A stretch of 64,000 nucleotides of DNA from Candidatus Thorarchaeota archaeon. GTDB lineage: Archaea; Asgardarchaeota; Thorarchaeia; Thorarchaeales; Thorarchaeaceae. The position numbers were made by a program, and so were the translations under genes. Below, piece by piece: positions 59,229 to 64,000 of this stretch. The notes under the pieces were generated by a model that searched no databases, was not told the DNA's origin, and saw only the letters and a list, made by a program, of their open reading frames with translations. The stretch is taken from positions 64,001 through 128,000 of the forward strand of contig JAFGAR010000151.1 in assembly GCA_016933575.1 (NCBI GenBank), in the 5' to 3' direction. Position 1 is the stretch's first letter. Every line of letters begins with the position of its first letter.

Positions 59229-61871
59229 TTGGAAATTGCTGATGCTGATGTTCAGAAAAGACTCTCGAAATCCTATATGATTGTCTTAAGATCATCAAAA
59301 CAAGAAATGACCGCGAGAGTCGATATTTTCTCAGATGTATTGCGAGACCGTCAGCGTTCCACTTTGAACGGGATTATTGAATTTGGCTACCGTGAATCAA
59401 GAATCTTGGAAATCAAAAAGTTCTGGTTTGTAAAATACAACAAGCCAGTCTATATGTTTGTCCCAAAAGAGGCTCATGATATTCTTCGGAAAGCGAAGGG
59501 AATTATTATTCCTCGAGAACAAAAGCCTGAATTCTTGGACGACCTGAAAGATCTCTTAAAACGTTTGGAATCTCCAGAACCAAGAGTGGTTCCAACATGT
59601 CAGCACTGTTTGAGAGATGACCGACTGACTGTTCTTACAAAAAGGAATGCTGTGAAACTGACTGCAGATCAGGTCACATGTCTCTCCTGTGCTCAGACTG
59701 ATCTGAAGACAGAACTCAAGACACTCGGAATTCATATGTCTCGAGCTATGATGAATCAATTAGAGCGTCAAGTGTCCCGAGTAAAATCTGTTCCTCGGCT
59801 GATTGAAATGCTCACTCCGGGATTTGACCCGACCCAAGAGCCTGATCTTACTCTCATCGATACAGTAGTAGCTCATGATGTTAGTAAGAAGAAGGACATC
59901 AAGGACTTACCAATACCCGATGAATTCAAGGAGGTTCTGAAAGAAACCGGTCTTGAGATACTTTTACCAATACAACGAAAGACTGTCGATTCAGGGCTCT
60001 TCAAAAACACTTCTCTGCTTATTGTTTCTTCAACGTCATCAGGAAAGACACTATTGGGTGAGCTAGCTGGTGTACCCAAAGCTATGAAGGGGAAGAAACT
60101 CATCTATATGTCCCCTCTTGTAGCACTTACGAACGAAAAATACGAGCAATTCAGAAAGCGGTATCGAAAACTTGGCCTTCGTACTGGTATCAAGGTTGGA
60201 ATGTCGCGTTTGGACGTGGGAAAAGAAGGCAAACCTATCGTTGATACGGATATCTCAAAAGCTGATATCATCTGTGCAACCTATGAGGCTCTAGATCTTA
60301 TATTTCGTTCAGGAAATACTGATGACTTGGGTGATATTGGAACCGTAATAATCGATGAGATTCAGAACCTTGCTGATCCCGAGCGAGGTCCTGAATTGGA
60401 TGGAATTATTACACGAATGCGCCTTCACTATCCAAAGGCTCAGTATATTGCTCTCTCAGCTACAGTTGGGTCTCCAGAGGTTCTCGCGAAGGAACTAGGA
60501 CTAAAACTTGTGAATTATGAAGGTCGTCCAGTACCTCTTGAACGTCATCTAGTCTTTGCAAGAACTGATGAAGAGAAACGCTCTATCATCCGAAGATTAG
60601 TAAATGAAGAATTCAAACACAAGAGCTCTTTCGGTAATAAGGGTCAATCTATTATCTTCACATACTCTCGACGACGTGCTCATGCATTGAGTGATTGGTT
60701 AAGAGAACATCATGTGTCTTGTGCTGTCTATCATGGCGGTCTGTCTTATAATCAGAGGCGAGGAATTGAACATTCCTTTGACAAACAGAGGTATGCATGT
60801 GTTGTCACTACAGCCGCACTTGGTGCGGGGGTCGATTTACCAGCATCACAGGTAATCTTTGAATCATTAGCAATGGGTGCAGATTGGTTATCTACTGCAG
60901 AATTCGAACAGATGCTCGGTCGAGCTGGACGCCTTGGAAAACACGATCGTGGCAAGGTGTATCTAATAGTCCAACCTGAACGGAAATATCATAGTGGTCA
61001 GGATGGAAATGAGGATGAGATTGCAGTACGACTCCTAAATGGCATCATTGAAGATGTTGAACCATTTGCGGACAAGGAAACAAGTGCTGAGCAGATTCTG
61101 GCTACGATTTGCTCTAGAGGGCTTGTTGACCTAAAAGTAATTGCAAGAGCATACCTACGGATGCTTTCAATGTCTGTGCCACCTTCCGAAGCTCTGAAGC
61201 ATCTTGTAAAGACCCATATGATCCGGGTGAAGGAAGGTGGAGCTCATCCGACTGAATTAGGAAGAGCCACTTCACTCTCTTTCTTGACTCCCAGTACTGG
61301 TCTTGAAGTTATGAAACTCACAACATCATATGATGTTCTAGATATAGCAATCATGCTTGAACCATTTGAAAACGTATACCTTAGTAGTAAATTACAAGAG
61401 GAGATTAACTCAGCATTCCGGACTCATATGCCGACTAGACTCTTTTCTGGAGTTTTCAGTGAGATTAGCGATGTGAGTAAACCGGGAAGCGGCGCTGGAA
61501 GACTTCCACAATGGGTGTTTGAGGTTTTTGGAAGATGGGCAACTTCTTTCTTCAACTGTGGTTGTCGAGACTTTCCTGAATGTGACCATGGTAAGATAAA
61601 ATTGGGTCGATGGCTCGTTGACCGGAGGGAGGAGGGATTGAATCCATCTGGACTTGCAGGACGCCTCCATGATGAATTTGAACTCTGGGCATACCCCGGC
61701 GACCTCTTTTCATGGCTTGACTCCCTCATTCACAGTCTTAAAGCAGTTCAACGTATTGCAAGTGTTGCTGGAAAAATAGATCTTAGTGAAGAGATTGATA
61801 GTCAGATAGCTCGTATTGAAAGACCACTTGAGAATTATAACGTAGAAGAGGCAGAAGACACTAAGAAGTGA
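59229..61871 (+). CDS. Archaeal Ski2-like DEAD/DEAH-box (SF2) helicase with N- and C-terminal Cys clusters
   Basis: SSTSSGKT, DEIQ, LSAT, YHGGL, GAGVD, QMLGRAGR; CQHC/CLSC and CGC..FPECDH. Confidence 0.9.
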   Translation: MEIADADVQKRLSKSYMIVLRSSKQEMTARVDIFSDVLRDRQRSTLNGIIEFGYRESRILEIKKFWFVKYNKPVYMFVPKEAHDILRKAKGIIIPREQKPEFLDDLKDLLKRLESPEPRVVPTCQHCLRDDRLTVLTKRNAVKLTADQVTCLSCAQTDLKTELKTLGIHMSRAMMNQLERQVSRVKSVPRLIEMLTPGFDPTQEPDLTLIDTVVAHDVSKKKDIKDLPIPDEFKEVLKETGLEILLPIQRKTVDSGLFKNTSLLIVSSTSSGKTLLGELAGVPKAMKGKKLIYMSPLVALTNEKYEQFRKRYRKLGLRTGIKVGMSRLDVGKEGKPIVDTDISKADIICATYEALDLIFRSGNTDDLGDIGTVIIDEIQNLADPERGPELDGIITRMRLHYPKAQYIALSATVGSPEVLAKELGLKLVNYEGRPVPLERHLVFARTDEEKRSIIRRLVNEEFKHKSSFGNKGQSIIFTYSRRRAHALSDWLREHHVSCAVYHGGLSYNQRRGIEHSFDKQRYACVVTTAALGAGVDLPASQVIFESLAMGADWLSTAEFEQMLGRAGRLGKHDRGKVYLIVQPERKYHSGQDGNEDEIAVRLLNGIIEDVEPFADKETSAEQILATICSRGLVDLKVIARAYLRMLSMSVPPSEALKHLVKTHMIRVKEGGAHPTELGRATSLSFLTPSTGLEVMKLTTSYDVLDIAIMLEPFENVYLSSKLQEEINSAFRTHMPTRLFSGVFSEISDVSKPGSGAGRLPQWVFEVFGRWATSFFNCGCRDFPECDHGKIKLGRWLVDRREEGLNPSGLAGRLHDEFELWAYPGDLFSWLDSLIHSLKAVQRIASVAGKIDLSEEIDSQIARIERPLENYNVEEAEDTKK

Positions 61872-62121
61872 GATCGTCCTTTTCAATCTCAAATAGAACT
61901 CTGATATTTCCTACAAGCTCAGGCGGCATCGAGTCCAGATTAAGATCAATCCAGCTATGCAGATCTCTTCGTATTGTTTCTTTATTCTCCAGCGCTGGAG
62001 GCAAATCAGACCTATCCTCCGAAACAATCTGGAAATGAGAACATCCGCAACTGCATTGTCCTTCCAGAACCATGTCAATATCAACTGAAGTCTTTCCACA
62101 ATTTCTGCATAGGAAGATCAA
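61861..62121 (-). CDS. Small Zn-ribbon protein (OapC/DUF2072-like)
   Basis: CRNCG...GQCSCGCSHF. Confidence 0.6.
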   Translation of the reverse strand: MIFLCRNCGKTSVDIDMVLEGQCSCGCSHFQIVSEDRSDLPPALENKETIRRDLHSWIDLNLDSMPPELVGNIRVLFEIEKDDLTS

Positions 62122-62248
62122 ATGTGATTGTCACCAAAGACTTGTGTGAGTTATGAGCCTATGAGACTTGGTATGGCTTGAGTAATACACGCGTATGTAG
62201 GACTAGACTTATTTGCCACATATTCTGGCTATATGGGGGGCAAAATAA

Positions 62249-62506
62249 ATGGCTAAATTATGCACAACCTGTCGGGAAAAAGCAAAGGTTCGTTGTGATA
62301 GATGTCACAACGAATATTGTTTGGATCATGCTATCAAATGCCCTTCTTGTGGTACAATTACATGCATTCGAGATCTTGGGAAGAAACGGAAATGTCCGAT
62401 CTGTAGTCATTCCTTAGATATTTGCCCTGAGTGTCTTATGAATGGCAAGATTGTTCGAACTCTAAAGAATACGAACTATTGCCCAGAGTGCGGCTGGAGT
62501 ACTTAG
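62249..62506 (+). CDS. Cys-rich multi-zinc-finger protein
   Basis: 14 Cys in 85 aa, including six CxxC pairs. Confidence 0.75.
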   Translation: MAKLCTTCREKAKVRCDRCHNEYCLDHAIKCPSCGTITCIRDLGKKRKCPICSHSLDICPECLMNGKIVRTLKNTNYCPECGWST

Positions 62507-62757
62507 AAGTACAATAACAACCATATCATCATTAATCCGACGCCAATAATTCCTGCAATCATCCATCCTTTCTTTCCATAACCCCAAACGATTGGTATCG
62601 GACCAAGAAATATGACGCCTTTACTCTCTGATTTTATTTGGGACGTTTCTTTAGATTGAGACATATTGAGTATTGAAAATAGTACAAGAAGAATACCACT
62701 AATCAACAGTAACCATCCGAGAGCATTAACAATTTCAATTAATTGCATTGAGGTCAC
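62503..62757 (-). CDS. DUF131/TIGR00304 family membrane protein
   Basis: GVIFLGPIPIVWG signature between two TM helices. Confidence 0.8.
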   Translation of the reverse strand: MTSMQLIEIVNALGWLLLISGILLVLFSILNMSQSKETSQIKSESKGVIFLGPIPIVWGYGKKGWMIAGIIGVGLMMIWLLLYF

Positions 62758-63317
62758 CTAGTGTCCAGAATTTTACTTGGCAATTCAAACACCATCTTCT
62801 CATATCCTCCAACTTCATCCCCGTCCATTGCCCATAGGGTGATGATATCACTATAGACGTCATAATCGAGAGCTGTTTCTATTTCCATTATTTTTGTCCC
62901 AACTGGAAATCTCCATAGAATTTCAAAATCATATGGTGCTATCTCTTCCTCTAACCAAGTTTCTATTTTATTCGTTCTCTCTGTGAATCTACCTGCAAAA
63001 TCTATCAGATAGGTCACTGCCACAACATCTGTGTCTCCCTTTAGAAAGATATCACAATAATCAATCCTTGACTTGACACGTTCTCCATTTATTTCGACTC
63101 TCTCCTTATCGAGAAAGAACTGCATATTTCCAGCTAACTTATCAATCTCTTCAGCAAGTAAAGCCTCGTCTCGTATGACTCTAGGATAATACTTACCAAG
63201 ATCAAGATATTCAAAGGTAAGCTTCTCGTGTATCTCACCAGAGATTGATACTGAGAAAAAAGACTCTGCATGCACCGGTTCTACTAGTTCGGAATCTGGA
63301 ATCTCCACTCTTTTCAC
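62754..63317 (-). CDS. Hypothetical acidic protein
   Basis: 187-aa ORF abutting or overlapping both neighbours. Confidence 0.7.
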   Translation of the reverse strand: MKRVEIPDSELVEPVHAESFFSVSISGEIHEKLTFEYLDLGKYYPRVIRDEALLAEEIDKLAGNMQFFLDKERVEINGERVKSRIDYCDIFLKGDTDVVAVTYLIDFAGRFTERTNKIETWLEEEIAPYDFEILWRFPVGTKIMEIETALDYDVYSDIITLWAMDGDEVGGYEKMVFELPSKILDTR

Positions 63318-64000
63318 CTACTCAAGTGGGACTGCATTGATTCCCACTTCTGATAGATGCTTGGCAAACAGATGTGCCTTTTCTGTAAAAACATATGTGA
63401 CTCGTGGTTTTACAGCCTCTGCGAACTCAAGAAGCCCTTGAAAATCAGAGTGTGCACTTAATGGAAAGCCTCTCTCACTATATTTGCCCAGAGTCCATCC
63501 TGAGAGGCTGAAGCGTTCCGTATTCAATTCAAGTCTTCTAGATGTCTTCCTATCCAGTACATTTCTGGCAGTTTCAATTGTATGCTTAATCGAAGAACTG
63601 ACTATTACTGCACCAGAATCCAGAATATCAGATACATTGATTGATTTGAGAGATTGATGTCTTAGATCAACTCCATGGTCTTTGTATACCTTACAAATTC
63701 TATCAATACTCATATTTCCACTGACTACTCGAAATCCTCCACTCTGCAGAAGGGCAATGGCTTCCTGTGATTTCCCTAGAGAATATGCATTGAATACAGG
63801 TATCTTTCCTTCATCTAAAGAGGTTGTTGCCGCATCAAGAATATTATCATAGACTCCTCTACGATCTGGAAATATCCACTCTGGAGTTCCGTAAGTTGCT
63901 TCAGTGATTAGAACGTCAGCTTCGACTGGTTTAGCCGCTTTGTGGACAAAGCTATCAACATTGTTGAAATCACCCGTATATAGCACGGTCAAACCATCAT
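63318..64000 (-). CDS. Beta-CASP metallo-beta-lactamase nuclease (5' truncated by the window)
   Basis: LYTGDF, LITEATYG, AYSLGKSQE, LSAHSDF. Confidence 0.88.
   Translation of the reverse strand, partial: DGLTVLYTGDFNNVDSFVHKAAKPVEADVLITEATYGTPEWIFPDRRGVYDNILDAATTSLDEGKIPVFNAYSLGKSQEAIALLQSGGFRVVSGNMSIDRICKVYKDHGVDLRHQSLKSINVSDILDSGAVIVSSSIKHTIETARNVLDRKTSRRLELNTERFSLSGWTLGKYSERGFPLSAHSDFQGLLEFAEAVKPRVTYVFTEKAHLFAKHLSEVGINAVPLE

Overview
Gene-dense archaeal chromosomal segment, most likely from an Asgard archaeon (Thorarchaeia-like). This assignment is inferred from GGTGA-type Shine-Dalgarno (SD) sites, TATA-like promoters, a GAN/Cdc45-type RecJ, many TPR and Zn-ribbon proteins, and several eukaryote-like proteins. 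Main contents: a nucleotide-excision-repair locus with two tandem full-length uvrA paralogs (uvrB-uvrA-uvrA, then TPR gene, then uvrC); a RadA paralog lacking its Walker A motif; an arrestin-like protein; a protein with two adaptin/COP-appendage-like plus Zn-ribbon repeats; a PRMT-like methyltransferase; a purine/MTA salvage cluster; a surface-anchored phospholipase D; a HerA/FtsK-type ATPase; a Ski2-like helicase; transporters; and an AT-rich islet (regulator plus a large secreted protein). The clearest unexplained signal is a cluster of strongly base-paired intergenic elements at 2.2, 3.8-4.05 and 5.9-6.1 kb. Two of them share an upstream DNA motif and a GAAUGAA loop motif. No tRNA, rRNA, CRISPR array or transposase was seen. 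All product calls come from reading motifs by eye; no database searches were run.
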